The notes: a model not told the origin generated them from the letters alone. DNA of 64,000 bases from Felis catus (GCF_018350175.1 NC_058372.1:48858001-48922000); one strand, 5' to 3'; shown: positions 24,754 to 37,800, counted from the stretch's first letter. A program made the numbers and translations.

Positions 24754-24918
24754 ATGGGTAAGGGAGGGGCAGAGAGAGAGGGAGACACAGAATCTGAAGC
24801 AGGCTCCAGGCTCTGAGCTATCAGCACGGAGCCTGGTGCGGGGCTCGAACTCATGAACAACGAGATCATGTTCTGAGCTGAAGTTGGACGCTCAACTGAC
24901 TGAGCCACCCAGGCACCC
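24672..24918 (-). mobile_element. Can-SINE
   Basis: (GA)n tract; 18-bp TSD ttccgtattatgtatttg / ttccatattacatatttg. Confidence 0.96.
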
Positions 24919-25389
24919 TTCCATATTACATATTTGTACAAGGAGGTTGACATAAAGAGACAAGAACTCAAGTGCCGTTTTATTTCTGTCACTAACTCGA
25001 GGACTTTGAATTTGATCACTGTCTCTGCCTGCACCTTTTTAAATTAAGGTTAACATCTGCCCTACCTCACTATTGCAGTGGAAGATTTTTAAGTGACTTT
25101 GAGAAATACAAAATATTAGATCAGTGTAAGAATAGGTATGGTAAAAAATTATTTTTCAAAATATCTTATTATTTACTTAGGACTATATGATCACCATACA
25201 TAGATTTCTATTTTTATACAGATGTGCATATTATCTGCATATATGCATCTGAATACAGACCTACATATGCATTTAGTTTCCTCTTTCTCCTCACTTAATA
25301 AATCACTGTTACCAATTGATAGAAAAAGAAAGAAAAACATTTTCTAAGAGGTTAAGTAGATAACAAGATGTAAAAAAGTAAAAAGATAA

Positions 25390-27015
25390 CGTATGAAAAT
25401 AAAATAGACAATAATTGGAAGATTGGGAGAAAAATGTTAAAATGTCCATGCTACCCAAAGCAATCTACAGATTCAATGTAATCCAAAACCAATAGCATTT
25501 TTCACAGAAATAGAATAATCCTAAAATTTGTACAGAACCACAAAAGACCCTGAATAGCCAAAATAATTTTTGAAAAAGAAGAACAAAACTGTAAGTATCA
25601 CAATCCCAGATTTTAAGATATACTACAAAGCTGTAGTCATCAAAAGAGTACAGTCTTGGCACAAAATTAGGCATATAGGTCAATAAAACAGAATAGAGAA
25701 CCCAGAAATTAACCCAAGACTAGATGTCAATTAATCATCAACAAAGGAAGCAAGAATATGCAAAGAGAAAAAGACAGTCTCTTCAATAACTGGTTCTGAG
25801 AAAACGAGACAGCTACATGCAAGAGAATGAGACTGGACCACTTTCTTACAACACACATGAAAATAAACTCAAAATGGATTAAAGACCTAAACATGAGACC
25901 TGAAACCATAAAAATCCTAGAACAGTACACAGGCATAATCTCTCTGACTTCAGCTATAGCAACGTTTTTGTAGATATGCCTACTGCGGCAAAAGAAACAA
26001 AAGCAAAAATAGACTGTTGGGACATATAAAAAGCTTCTGCACAGCAAAGGAAACAATCAACAGAAAAGAAGATAACCCACTGAATGGGAGAAGATATTTG
26101 CAAGTGACATATTCAGTAAAGGGTTACTATCCAAAATATATAAAAAACTTATACAACTAAACACCCTAATGGAAAAATGGAGAGAAGACATGAACACACA
26201 CTTCTCCAAAGAAGACATACAGATGGCCAACAGACACATGAAAAGATGCTCAACATCACTCATCATCAGGGAAATGCGAAGATATTACCTTACACCAGTT
26301 AGAATGGCCAAAATAAAAAACACAAGAACAAGTGTTGGGGAGGATGTGGAGAAAACAAAACCCTTGTGCACTGATGGTAGGAATGTAAACTTGTGCATCC
26401 ACTGTGGAAAACAGTATGGAGGTTCCTCAAAAAATTCAAAATAAAATTACCACGTAATCGAATTATTCCACTCTGGGTATTTACCCAAAGAATATGAAGA
26501 CACTGACTTGAAAAGATATATGCACCCTGTGTTTATTGCATCAATATTTGCTATAGTAAAGATATGGAAGCAGCCCAAGTGTCCATCCATAGATGAATGG
26601 ATGAACATGATGTGATATATGTTTATATAATGGAATATTACTCGACCATAAAAAAAGAATGAAATCTTGCTATTTGCAACAACATGGCTGGATCTAGAAG
26701 GTTTAAAAGCTAAGTGAGATAAGTCAATCAGAGAAAGACAAATACCATGTGATTTCACTCATATGTGGAATTTAAGAAAGAAAACAAATAAATAAAAAAC
26801 TAGACTCTCAACTATAGAGAACAAACTGGTGGTTGCCAGAAGGGTGGTGGGGATGGGTGAAATAGGTGAAAGGGATTAAGAGCACACTTACTGTGATGGC
26901 CTGGGCACTGAGTAATGTATAGAATTGTTGAATCGCTATATTGTACACCTGAAACTAATGTAACACTGTTATGTTAATCATACAGGAATTAAAATGAAAA
27001 AAAAATTAAGAAAAA
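25390..27015 (+). mobile_element. 5'-truncated L1 (carnivore L1_Carn/L1MA9-like): ORF2 C-terminal relic, 3'UTR, A-tail
   Basis: aaaatgtccatgctacccaaagcaatctacagattcaatg; ORF 26169-26444 [24 protein letters not shown]; 3'UTR tattgtacacctgaaactaatgtaacactg followed by an A-rich tail. Confidence 0.93.
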
Positions 27016-28176
27016 AGTTTAAATAAATTATGTTTATACTAAAAAATAAGGAACTGAAAACCTCAGTAAATACCTTATAAGGTATTTACTTTGGAGGTTT
27101 TAGGGCAGACAACTTAGGAAAGCTTTTTCTCACTTAACTTCCTATAATGGGTGTGTACAGGAAATAATTTGATCAACCGATGGAATAGCTTTTCTGTAGA
27201 TTCTAGGCCCTTTTGTTAAGTCTATAGAAAAACTGCCTCACCAACAAAATATGAGAAACCGCTTCCATTTTCCCCACTGTAATCTGTTCCTTACTGCAGG
27301 GTCAGTGTATTATCAAATATGGAAAAAATGGTTCCTTTAGATGTAGTCAGAGGGGCAGTGATTTAACCCACCTCATATTATCCTCAGTTTGCTGGCTCTC
27401 AGGGATCATGTGAGCATTTTAGAGAAGTTCCCTCAGAAATGAGAGACTTGTGTAAAATAGGATGTGTGCAAGGAGTTTTTCTTTTGAAAACTTGCCTTAA
27501 TTGCCTTTTAAGGCAATTAAAAGCATAAGTATGATATTTTTAAAGACTTAATTGAATTGAAATTAATTGAAGTTAGAATTAGAATTAGAAATAATCTACT
27601 ATAAATTTGGTATCTGGAATTGTGAAAATAACAATACACTTCTAGAATGAAGCATTCAAATAAGACAACAAGTACCTACGGAATTATGAAGCTGACAGCA
27701 TAAGGAAGGTAGGAATTAAAGAAAAGTAGTAACTGTGTGAAACACCCCTGTTGCAGAACCTAGGCTGAATGTGTATTTATGTATAATTAACACGTATATT
27801 AGCTTTCTGAAACAGAAGCTTTTTGTGGACCAAGACCCTCAATTAAATAGCACTATGACCTGGTTGATGGGATTGTCCTTTAACTGGGTAAGCTTATTGG
27901 ATTTAAATATAATATGTACTGATACAATTTGCTAATGGCACCGTCTTTGCAATGAATTGACTATGCATACTGATAGGTTAGCTATATACACTTAACATGG
28001 TTACTTGTGCATACTTAAAGGATGGTTGAATTACTCATGTGTTGGCAGCTCCACTGTTAAATGTCTGGCAACTCTTGATAGGTGTCAGTACTCTTGCCAA
28101 CTGGCCCTATACATAGGGAGGATCTAATGTCAACAGGACCCTTCCTCCATCTGTGTGCTAATACTATTTGGCTGAT

Positions 28177-28396
28177 GGGGCGCCTGGGTGGCTCAGTTAT
28201 TTGAGCATTTGACTTTGGCTCAAGTCATGATCTTGTGGTCGGCGTGTTCGAGCCTCACATCAGGCTCTGTAAGTCAAGCTTGGAGCCCGGAGCCTGCTTC
28301 AGATTCTGTGTCCTCCCTCTCTCTTTGCCCCTCCCCTATTCATGCTCTCTCTTTTCCTCTCTCTCTCTCAAAAATAAACATTAAAATATTAAAAAA
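28177..28396 (+). mobile_element. Can-SINE
   Basis: ggggcgcctgggtggctcag head; TSD aatactatttggctgat / aattctatttagctgac. Confidence 0.95.
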
Positions 28397-28859
28397 AATT
28401 CTATTTAGCTGACACCTGTTGATGAAAGCATTATTCCTCCCCTGCTGGAAGAGAAAAAAAAAAAATCCAATCTCTTAGGACAAATAAGATTCCAGAGGAA
28501 CTCTATATCCTCCCCTGCCATCTTCAAGTATTCTTTCCTGCTCAGAAAGACAAGCGACAGTAAATCCCAATTTTCTTCCATGGTGGTGATCCCTCCCTGT
28601 TCTTTCCTACTAAATCCTAGTTGCTGGAAGGTGACATTAAAGCTTGTGTGTTTCCTGCACTTACATTGTCTAACTTTGTATACAGTCACAGTTATTCAAA
28701 GGAAAAAGAATCTGCTTGTAAATTTGTCTCTGGACTAGAAAATTAATGCATTCTTTGCTAAAGTATATTTATCAATTTGTTACACTGTAGAAACTGAACC
28801 ATTGCTTTAGGAAATTAAAGCTAGAATTTTGCCATGCTATCACTATTCAGTGTTATTGG

Positions 28860-29070
28860 GGATCCTATGGTAAGAATTTTCATGGTATGTTGGAGCTGAC
28901 TTTTGGCATAAGAAGATTTAAGTTCTGCTATTTATTTATTTGTTGTTTGGCGAGTCATTTCACTTAACTTGAACTGTGGACTCATCAGAGGTAGGGGGAT
29001 GATAATAATAAGTCTTATATCATGAGTTTTCTTGGGAATCTGTGAGGTACTAGTGAATTTGCTTTGTTAG
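28860..29070 (+). mobile_element. MIR, degenerate
   Basis: agaagatttaagttctgcta...gcgagtcatttcac...gataataataagtcttatatcatgagtt. Confidence 0.55.
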
Positions 29071-29269
29071 CAGATTCTAAATTGTCCTCAGTGTTTTTGT
29101 ACCCCTTAAGTGAGTAATATCAATTAAGTTTTGCACACTGCATGCATTACAAAATGAAAATGTTTGTAGCTTGGTTCCTCCTGTGTTATTTATCTTCACA
29201 GATTGTCTAGAACCATTCAGTTCTTTAAGCTGTAATTTTAATAACCTTTTTAAACAAACATTAAATATT

Positions 29270-29365
29270 GTGTTCCATGATAAAGCTATGGAGGTCTCTG
29301 ATGGTTCCATTTCAACATGTTCCACTGGCAGCACATAATGAGTGCTCAGTAAATATGTTCTGAGG
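29270..29365 (+). mobile_element. L2 3' end
   Basis: gcacataatgagtgctcagtaaatatgtt. Confidence 0.6.
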
Positions 29366-30050
29366 AAATTCTGGAAAGACAGCAACTAGAGCATATGGCC
29401 CTGGCTCTCATTCCTTCCTATCTTAGTCTGCAGCGTGAGGCATCAATGAGGGGAGGCAAACTGGTAGACCCTGGAGGGATCTTAGATTTCATTTATAGGG
29501 AAAGAGCAGGTCCAGTATTTGGTTATATTTGGTAAAAGTCAGGATACTAGTTATAGAGAGGAGGTTTTGTTTGTCCCTGAAGACGGAGGAGAAGTCCAGA
29601 ACTTTATACCAGCCAGAATGGTCAGCTGACATAAGTTTCTTCAACAAATGTTGTGCCAGCCAATTTTCTGTCATCTTGAGAAGGCTTGCCTGGTTTAGCC
29701 AACCCTGGAGGACATGGGTAGGGGTAGTTACGTGGGTTCACAGAGTTATTCCCAGTTCCTCAGATTGGGAAAGAGCTGTTACATGTACCTAGGAGGTCCA
29801 GGAGTAGAAAACCTTGGCAGGGGGTGGAGAATTTGACAACTTGTTCTCTGATGACCCATAAGGATGGAGGCCGCATTGTTCAAAAGACTGTATAGTTTAA
29901 CTGGACTCCCCAAAGCTTATAATGATGCAAAGACAAGTTACAACTCAAGGGCACGAGCAATCTGAGAGGGGAAAACCTATCTGATTGTCTGATTGTCTGT
30001 AACAGGCAGCCCCCATTGAAGTAAAGGTAATAAAAATGTCAATTAAGCTC

Positions 30051-30265
30051 GGGGCGCCTGGGTGGCGCAGTCGGTTAAGCATCCGACTTCAGCCAGGTCA
30101 CGATCTCGCGGTCCGTGAGTTCGAGCCCCGCGTCAGGCTCTGGGCTGATGGCTCAGAGCCTGGAGCCTGTTTCCGATTCTGTGTCCCCCTCTCTCTCTGC
30201 CCCTCCCCCGCTCATGCTCTCTCTCTGTCCCAAAAATAAAATAAACACTGAAAAAAAAATTAAAA
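30051..30265 (+). mobile_element. Young SINEC_Fc-type Can-SINE with intact Pol III A and B boxes
   Basis: A box tggcgcagtcgg 30063-30074; B box gttcgagcc 30119-30127; perfect 19-bp TSD aaaaatgtcaattaagctc (30032-30050 / 30266-30284). Confidence 0.98.
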
Positions 30266-30289
30266 AAAAATGTCAATTAAGCTCTTCAT

Positions 30290-31470
30290 AAAAACTACTA
30301 GAGCTCCAAAGTGAGTAAAGTTGGAGCACAAAAAAAGGACTTTTATTTTGAATGTAGGAAACATGGTCCATGACTTAAAAACTCCAATAGAACATTTTTC
30401 TTTTGAAAAAGAAGAGAGACCTGTTGGAAACAGAAATGGGGAATGGAAGATCATCAGAAGAAATAGCTCATCATGCAAACAGGCAAAGGTACAAAACCAA
30501 GAGAGGAAAGCAGGAGGCTGAGAGGGCAGGTTCAGGATTAAGATGCAATCAGTGGGAGTTCCAGAGACAGGAAAGGGGATACTTATGTAGATGATAGAAG
30601 AAAATGTCTCTGATCTCAGAGGAACTTGAGTGAGATTAACTGAGCTGACTTAGTCTCAGGCAGAATTAAATAAAAGACACACATCCAGGATATTACTTAA
30701 TCTAAGAATAAAGAGAATGTATCATAAGCCTGCACCCAGAAAGAACAATTCATTTACAAAGAAGAGGGGATCATCAGATTAGCATGAGAGTTCTCATTTA
30801 CAATTCTGGAAATCCAAAAATCATGAAATATCAGTGACCACTTAGGACAAAAGGAGAGAAATGAAAGAAGATGCCATTTATCTAGGGAAAAATTTACAAA
30901 AATAGTTTAAATAATTAATGATTAATTCATGATCACAAGGCAGAAATGAAGAAAAGTAAAAATTTTTGTTAAGCATCAAATCATGCAATACATAAGTTAG
31001 TATAAAGGGTGGAGAAGTGTCAGAAAAGTGTATTTGTTAAATAATGATTTTTTGAAACAGAAGAGGCATTCTGTGGTCGGAGAAAATAAAGCCAATAACC
31101 TGGAACTGAAGTTTATCTAAACAAAATCTAAGAGTTGGGAATAAGAATGGAACATAGGACAGTGACTCTGCAAATAATATTTGATCTTGTTGAGCTGAAG
31201 TGCAATGAGGAAGAGTTGGAAAACTACTTCTCAAACTCATATATAATAATAGAAGAATAAAAGACAATAAAAAGCATAGTAGAATTTCCAAATTATTAAT
31301 ACAGAGAAAGGAAATCAAAAGAAAAGAAACCCAAAAAATATTAAGAAAGGGAAAAGAGGAAATGATTACAAACCATGATACACATTAAACAACATGGAAG
31401 GAGTAAAATGCCTCATTTAGTTATTCCATTAAATATAAATGGAATGAAGTCCTCTTTCCAAGTACAGGAT
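30290..31470 (+). mobile_element. Ancient L1M/HAL1-like ORF1-region relic
   Basis: A-rich strand with ggagttccagaga, atagaagaaaat, aagaataaagagaa, atcagattagcatgagagttctca motifs of decayed L1 ORF1. Confidence 0.6.
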
Positions 31471-31890
31471 GCATGAAGGGTGGTCAAATAATACTGATAT
31501 TGATCTCCTACAGTGAAGACAAAGACATAAATATTTTGTTGCCTGAGTGAATTTATATGCATGATTTTCTAGATTTATCACCTCAGATTAATATGTCCAC
31601 TATGCCATACAACCCCTTTTGTGAGTGTAGCTAAATATTTCTGTTGTGTGTCATCTCCGTAGCAAGGGATCCCTGTGTCAGCCCTTTGTGGTGGACCTTG
31701 CTCTCCCTGAACCACCCCACAGGTGGGAATGTGAACCATGGGGCACAGAAATCACCCATGAATTGTGGGCAGAGGTAGGCCTCAATTCCAAGTCTGTCTC
31801 TGCCCTTCACCTGTTGTGTAGTTCTAGAACAGTGACTTCATCTCAGTGAGAGGTTCACTTTCCTCACCTTTGTGATGCAAATATTGATCT

Positions 31891-32107
31891 GGCATTCCAT
31901 TTTTGTGTGTTTATTTATTTATTTTTGAGAGAGAGAGGCCAAGCCTGGGAGGGACAGAGAGAGATAGGAGGACACAGAATCCAAAGCAGGCTCCAGGCTC
32001 TGACCTGTCAGCACAGAGCCTGATGTGGGGTTCTAACCCACAAGCCATGAGTTCATGACCGGGGCCGAAGTCAGGTGCTTAACCGACTGAGGCATCCAGG
32101 TGGCCCT
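31891..32107 (-). mobile_element. Can-SINE inserted in a plus-strand MIR (~31760-32215)
   Basis: 13-bp TSD caaatattgatct (31878-31890 / 32108-32120). Confidence 0.95.
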
Positions 32108-32719
32108 CAAATATTGATCTTGAACAGTCATCATGAGGATTATATTTGTTGGTTTATGTAGAATTCTTTGGAAATTTCTGGCAGCACATAGCGGGCATTC
32201 AGTGAATATCAACTGTTTGTTTCTCTGTGTCTGTCTTCTAGACTCACCTAATACATCTTTGCAAATAAAATTCACAGATTGGGGTATGCCATGCCATATC
32301 ATTCAGGCTTGACGTAGCCAGGAGAAAATATGAAAAGACAGAGGATCATAGAGACTCCAGAAATCTTCCCACACTTTAGATTGTGGTTTTGGTGATGCAA
32401 GAGATAGCAGACAGTGCACCTGTTTAAACAATGAAAGTCATGCCAAGTTAAATGTATCCAAAGGCAAAATTTCCAATTCAGTAGTATCTCTTTAGACTTC
32501 CTTTCATGTTTGCTTGAATATTCTCTGGTAGCCACTTATACTCCATTTTTAAGTATAGCTTTGACAATAATTTATATCTCATAGTTATGATATTCCCTAG
32601 ATGCCATCACTTAAGATGATTGAATAATTCCAAGTTTATCCCTCTCCGCTCTTTCCTTTGCTGTGTCTTTTAAAATTGTCATTTTGAATAAATCTTTAAA
32701 AAGCTGTCTTGGAATTTCA

Positions 32720-33120
32720 GTTTAGTTCATTTCAACAAAGACTTAGATGTCGATTTTGCAGTGGACCCTATCAGGATGAGGATTTCAAAAGCAAATGAAA
32801 CTTGCTCCATGACCTTACAAAATTCAGTGCATAATAACATAAGCAAGTAAATAAACAATATAATTATAGGAGGTGCTAACATGCATAGACAGAAACCCAG
32901 GGTTTTAGAAGAACTTTAACTCTGACTTGGAGGATTGGGGGGGGGATCTGTGAGCCTACTCTTAAAAGAGGGTTAGATTTATGAAGGTAGAGTAGGTGCA
33001 GTAAAATGGAGAGATCATAATGGTGAAGAAAGAGAGCTAAGGCAAGGTAGGCATGGACAGCAAAGAAATAGTGGAAGCAAAAGCCCAGAGACCATTGAGA
33101 GCTTTGTCGAGTGCCCATGA
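32720..33120 (-). mobile_element. L2 relic
   Basis: ttcatttcaacaaagacttag...aaagcaaatgaaacttgctccatgaccttaca...tcttaaaagagggttagattt. Confidence 0.55.
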
Positions 33121-33795
33121 ATGCTGTTAAAAAAAATAATAACCCTTACTAGAACCTCATGGCAATGACTATCCCAAAGGCCTGGGCTCTGTGATTCCTT
33201 AACTCCTTCTTAACCAGAAGTGTCTGTGATTCTGATTCCACCGACAAAGTTCCTAGGGATTTTGTTGTTGAGAGACATGTTCTCCTGAATAGAGACTATT
33301 AGAATCTCTGGGATGGGTAGAAGCATGTGCAGTTTTGAAAGCATCATGTTGTTATTCTCTCCATTAAGAATCACTACGATAAACTGAGGTTCAAGGATTC
33401 ATCCCCCTCTGTCTTCAAAACCAGTTACTGAATAGATCTACGTCCCCCAGGCAAACAGAGGTTATCTCTTTTCAAGAGTCAATGGACACCCCCTTCAATC
33501 TCCTGGATCTATTCTTTTGGCCACCTTTCAGTTCTTAAAATCTCCACTCTGCTGGCACCAGGTAAAACCTCTTGTTTTTATTGGCCACATATTCTCTGGC
33601 CCAAATCCCTGCACTTTTGTGTCATGCAAAAACTCATTCATGGACATAAAACAGATTTTTTTAAGGCTTTTATATTAACTGCCAGGACCAGAAGGAGCAA
33701 AATAGTCATGTAATCACAATATTCATTGGTTTTTGAAAGGTTTTTCCTCCTTACTTTGAGGCGTTAATGCTAGTTTATTTAAGAGTAAAGTTTTA

Positions 33796-34001
33796 GGGGT
33801 GCCTGGGTGACTCAATCAGTTAAGCTCTGACTCTTGATTTTGGCTCAGCCATGATCTCACCATTTCCATGGGCTCTGCACACTGGCTGCAGGAAGCCTAC
33901 CTGGGATTCTGTCTCTTCCTCTGTCTTCTCCCTGCCCCCACTCGCACACACATGCACATGGTCTCTCTTTCTCTCTCTCTCAAAATAAATAAATTAAAAA
34001 A
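33796..34001 (+). mobile_element. Can-SINE (older subfamily)
   Basis: ggggtgcctgggtgactcaatcagttaagc...cttgattttggctcagccatgatctc; left TSD aagagtaaagtttt 33781-33794. Confidence 0.93.
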
Positions 34002-34029
34002 ACAAATTTTTAAGTAAAGTTAAAAAAAA

Positions 34030-34238
34030 TTTTTTTTAATGTTTAGTTTTGAGAAAGAGAGAGGGACAGAGCATAAGCAGGGGAGGGGCAGAGAGAGAGG
34101 GAGACACAGAATCTGAAGCAAGTTCCAGGCTCCAAGGTGTCAGCACAGGGACAGATGCAAGTCTCGAACCCACAAACCATGAGATCATGACCTGAGCTGA
34201 AGTTGGACGCTCAACCAACTGAGCCACCCAGGTGCCCC
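34030..34238 (-). mobile_element. Can-SINE inserted at the right TSD of the preceding SINE
   Basis: flanked by agtaaagtt on both sides (34013-34021 / 34244-34252). Confidence 0.95.
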
Positions 34239-36929
34239 AAAAGAGTAAAGTTTTTACAGTTGCAGGGAGGGAAGAAAATAAAAGTGGATTTCATGGTACT
34301 GGTAATTTTATTGGAAGTATATTTTTTATGCAAAGATAATGTCATTTTTTGTGTACAGAAAGTATTCATTGAAGTGTATGTATGCATAACATAGACATAA
34401 ACACGCATGCATATCCTGGAGTAAAAAAAATGAACAAACTCTTCCAATATAAGGTGACATTCAAGGTACAGAAACATCATGTGGGCTTTACAAATCATGC
34501 ATAGATTATTTTTAAAAAGAAAAAAATTGGTCGTTTTCAAGATTGTTAAAAATTTCATCTTAATATATATCTAAATTTAATTATGTATCTCTTATAGTAG
34601 GATTCTATTTGTGGGAGTAAACCGCAGTTTCTGTCTCTCTTATGTATTTAAGCAATTGTTCACATGCCCTGAAGTATCAGAGCTGTTATCCAATACATTT
34701 TTGCATAAGACAAGAGTCAATTTCATCATAGTTGGGCAAAAGAATTTTTTTGTTTTGGTAGAGTCTGCCCCCCTGTTCTTTCTTTCATCTCTTGAATCTG
34801 ACTCTAGTGAAGTCTGCAAGGCCAATCCATTAGTGTTCTCTCGTACAAAGTCCTGGGAGCAGGGCTGTGATAATTTTTTTTTTTTAATTTTCCATTGAGT
34901 TGTGTTGTGATTTGATAAAATGAGAGATTTGTTCTTTACTCATCCTGGCTACAGAAAGGAAAAGCAGGAGCACAGAAATTCCAAGGACCCACTTTTTTCT
35001 TTTATATGCCCCCATTTCTCCTGATATTTTATCTTCCAGCATTCATCTCCCCCTCCCTCTGAAAACCCCATGTTTACTTTTGAGCATTGATCAGCCAGTA
35101 AAATCTTCAACTTGTCAGCAGATCAAGCTGTCCCTAAATGAGCAGGACAGCTCCCCACGCCCCCAAGAGGTGCACAGGTGGCTGTTACAGGGACACTTTT
35201 CATAGGCTTTACCAGAGATTATAACTTTATAGATTGGCATTAAGCCTGTAAAGCAATGATGATTCCCAAAAGTTGGAAGAGAAGAATGGGGAGGTACATT
35301 GAATAAGCCTGGATTTTTGCCACTTTGAATTAAGCCTTCTTAAATTCAGAGCCCAGAAGCTCCCTTGTCATTTTGAGATTCATATCAGTGGAGATGATGC
35401 TGACTGTGAGTATACTGATAAACGATAAAATAAGATTTCAGGGTAGAAACATTCCTTATTGAAAGAAGGGGTGTTTTAGGAATTGGGGAAATTTTCAAAG
35501 TCCTCCTAGCTTATCAAATAAATGAATGAATAAATCAGTAAATGAATAAGAAAAAATTCAGGTTGAAGGGCAATTCAGTCAAGTTACCCTAACGTAGCCT
35601 GTATTTTTGTCTATTCAAATGTGTTTGCCCCGGGGCCAAACAGCCAGCTGTGTTCTGTTGGGTGATGTATGAAGCAGAAAGAACACTGTCTAATTTTTAT
35701 ATCCAGTTGAGCCTGAAGTACCTTGAGATGGGAAGGGAGGTGGTAGATCTCACTCCCACTCAGGAATTCTTATTCATGCAAAAATCACTCATCAGCTATC
35801 CTGGTAGCTCTCCCTAATTCCTTTAACCCCTCAACCACTGGGTGGTAACCAGGAGGGGCTTGCCATCTAATTAAAATTAATTGGTTACATGCCAATTAAG
35901 GAGGAGGTCTTTGAGGTTTGTTTCTTTGGAGGGGCTGGCTGTGTTTTCTTTATTTTACATTTCCTCTTTAGGCAGTAGTAAATACCCTCTAGTTCTCTCA
36001 CCATATATTGCTTTCACTTTTAATTTATTTTAGAATAGTCACCTGTATTGGGGTTAAGTGCTTATGCAAATAAAGGAATAGTAGTCACAGACTACTTATT
36101 TAGTGATCTCCTTAGGTAGAAATTCTCTTTGGAAGTTCTCTCTACCTGGGCAATTTAGCTCAGTCAAAAACTTCTTGGTTTTTATGTGATTTCTGAGAAG
36201 TTATTGTTTAGATGTTTACTTCTCCAATCACCACACAAAACATCTATCTAGAACCATTTAGCAATGATTTCAGAAATAAAATCAAGTACACAAGGAAATT
36301 AACAAAGGGCTCTTTGCCTTTGACAAAGACCTAACAGAGAATTGGACACTGAATTATCTGGCCAATCTCTAGATAATTTTTAATTATTTTAATGATATAT
36401 TTACTTGTGCAGTTCATTGAAACTAGGTCTACAAGTTTTCTCTGTAGCATTTGTAGAGTTAAAAGGAAGACTGAGGCCATATCTAAATAGTGAAATAAAT
36501 TAAAATTCCATCGTAGTTGTTACAGTGTACTTAGGCTGCTAAGCCAATAAATAGGATTGCACTGTTTGGTCCAATTGTGATGCAACGTATTAAAGATTGC
36601 ATAAAATACTTAATAGGTACTAAAAAAGTCTGTAAATTTCATAGCCATCTGTAGATAAGAACTTTTGGAAACTCAGATGTTGAAAAAAAAGTGACATATG
36701 GGTTTTAAATCAACACTGCTGCTTTCCAGTTCATCAGCTACCAGGATCACAGTGTGCCCAAACCACGCCTTCTGCTGAATCAGGGGCTGATGGCAAGAAG
36801 AAAGAGTGTGCCACATCCCAGCTTTATTAGGGACTCTGCACACCACTTATTGCTTCTGAGTAGTAGAAATGACAAATTCTTCAAGTGGAGCTGTAGTTCC
36901 AAATACACTTTGTTTGCTGCACTAGGAAA

Positions 36930-37140
36930 CTATTGGTGAAGGGCATGGGTTTTGGAGCCAGACTGACTGGTTCAAATCCCAGTTTCATCCGTGTGTGACC
37001 TTGGGCCAATAGCTTAACCTCTCTGTGCCCCACCATCGTCATCGATAAAATCATGATAGAAATGACAGCTATCTTATACACTTACCATGTGGATTAAATG
37101 AGTTGATATTTGTAAGGAAACTTACACATAGTAATGCTAT
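36930..37140 (+). mobile_element. MIR
   Basis: ttttggagccagactgactggttcaaatcccag...gtgtgaccttgggc...cttaacctctctgtgcc...ggattaaatgag. Confidence 0.85.
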
Positions 37141-37227
37141 TTTTTATAATTTTTATTTTTTATACTATTTTAATGCCCTTTAAGATCTAGGTATATATTG
37201 TTTCTGTTGTTGCTGTTGCTGATTTTA

Positions 37228-37441
37228 TTTTTAAAAATTTTTAATGTTTATTTTTGAGGGAGGTAGAGACAGAGTGCAAGTAGAGGAGAGGCAGAGAGAG
37301 AGGGAGACACAGAATCCAAAGCAAGCTCCAGGCTCTGAGCTGTCAGCACAGAACCTGACGTAGGGTTCAAACCCTTGAACTGTGAGATCATGACCTGAGC
37401 CAAAGTTGGATGCTTAACTGACTGAGCCACCCAGGTGCTCC
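37228..37441 (-). mobile_element. Can-SINE
   Basis: TSD tgttgctgatttta (37214-37227 / 37446-37459). Confidence 0.96.
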
Positions 37442-37800
37442 ATATTGTTGCTGATTTTAAATCAATGTTTTATACTAAGTGATATGCCTTTAGCTCAAGT
37501 CTCATGTCATTTGTAAAGAAGTTCTCAGCCAATCTATCCCTAACTGATCTCCCATATCCCCAAACTGGAAAGGGAATGAATATCTGCTGAGTACTCACAA
37601 AGTGCTTAAATTTTATATATGTTATAACTGTCTCTTTCACAATGAATCTACAAGGTATATATGATTAGTTCCATATGACAGATGAGAAAACTGTGGAAAA
37701 CCTAATTTTACCTCTTCTCCTAGTCTTAGTTTGAGCATATATAAAATGAGGACACTGATACTTCCTTCTCAGAATGTCCAACTAAAGTGACTCATAAACC

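Noticed and set aside
29400..30010. Possible old LTR relic
   Set aside because: No termini or family motifs I can support
30051..30130. tRNA-like sequence with A and B boxes
   Set aside because: tRNA-derived head of a SINE with CT tract, A tail and TSD; not a tRNA gene
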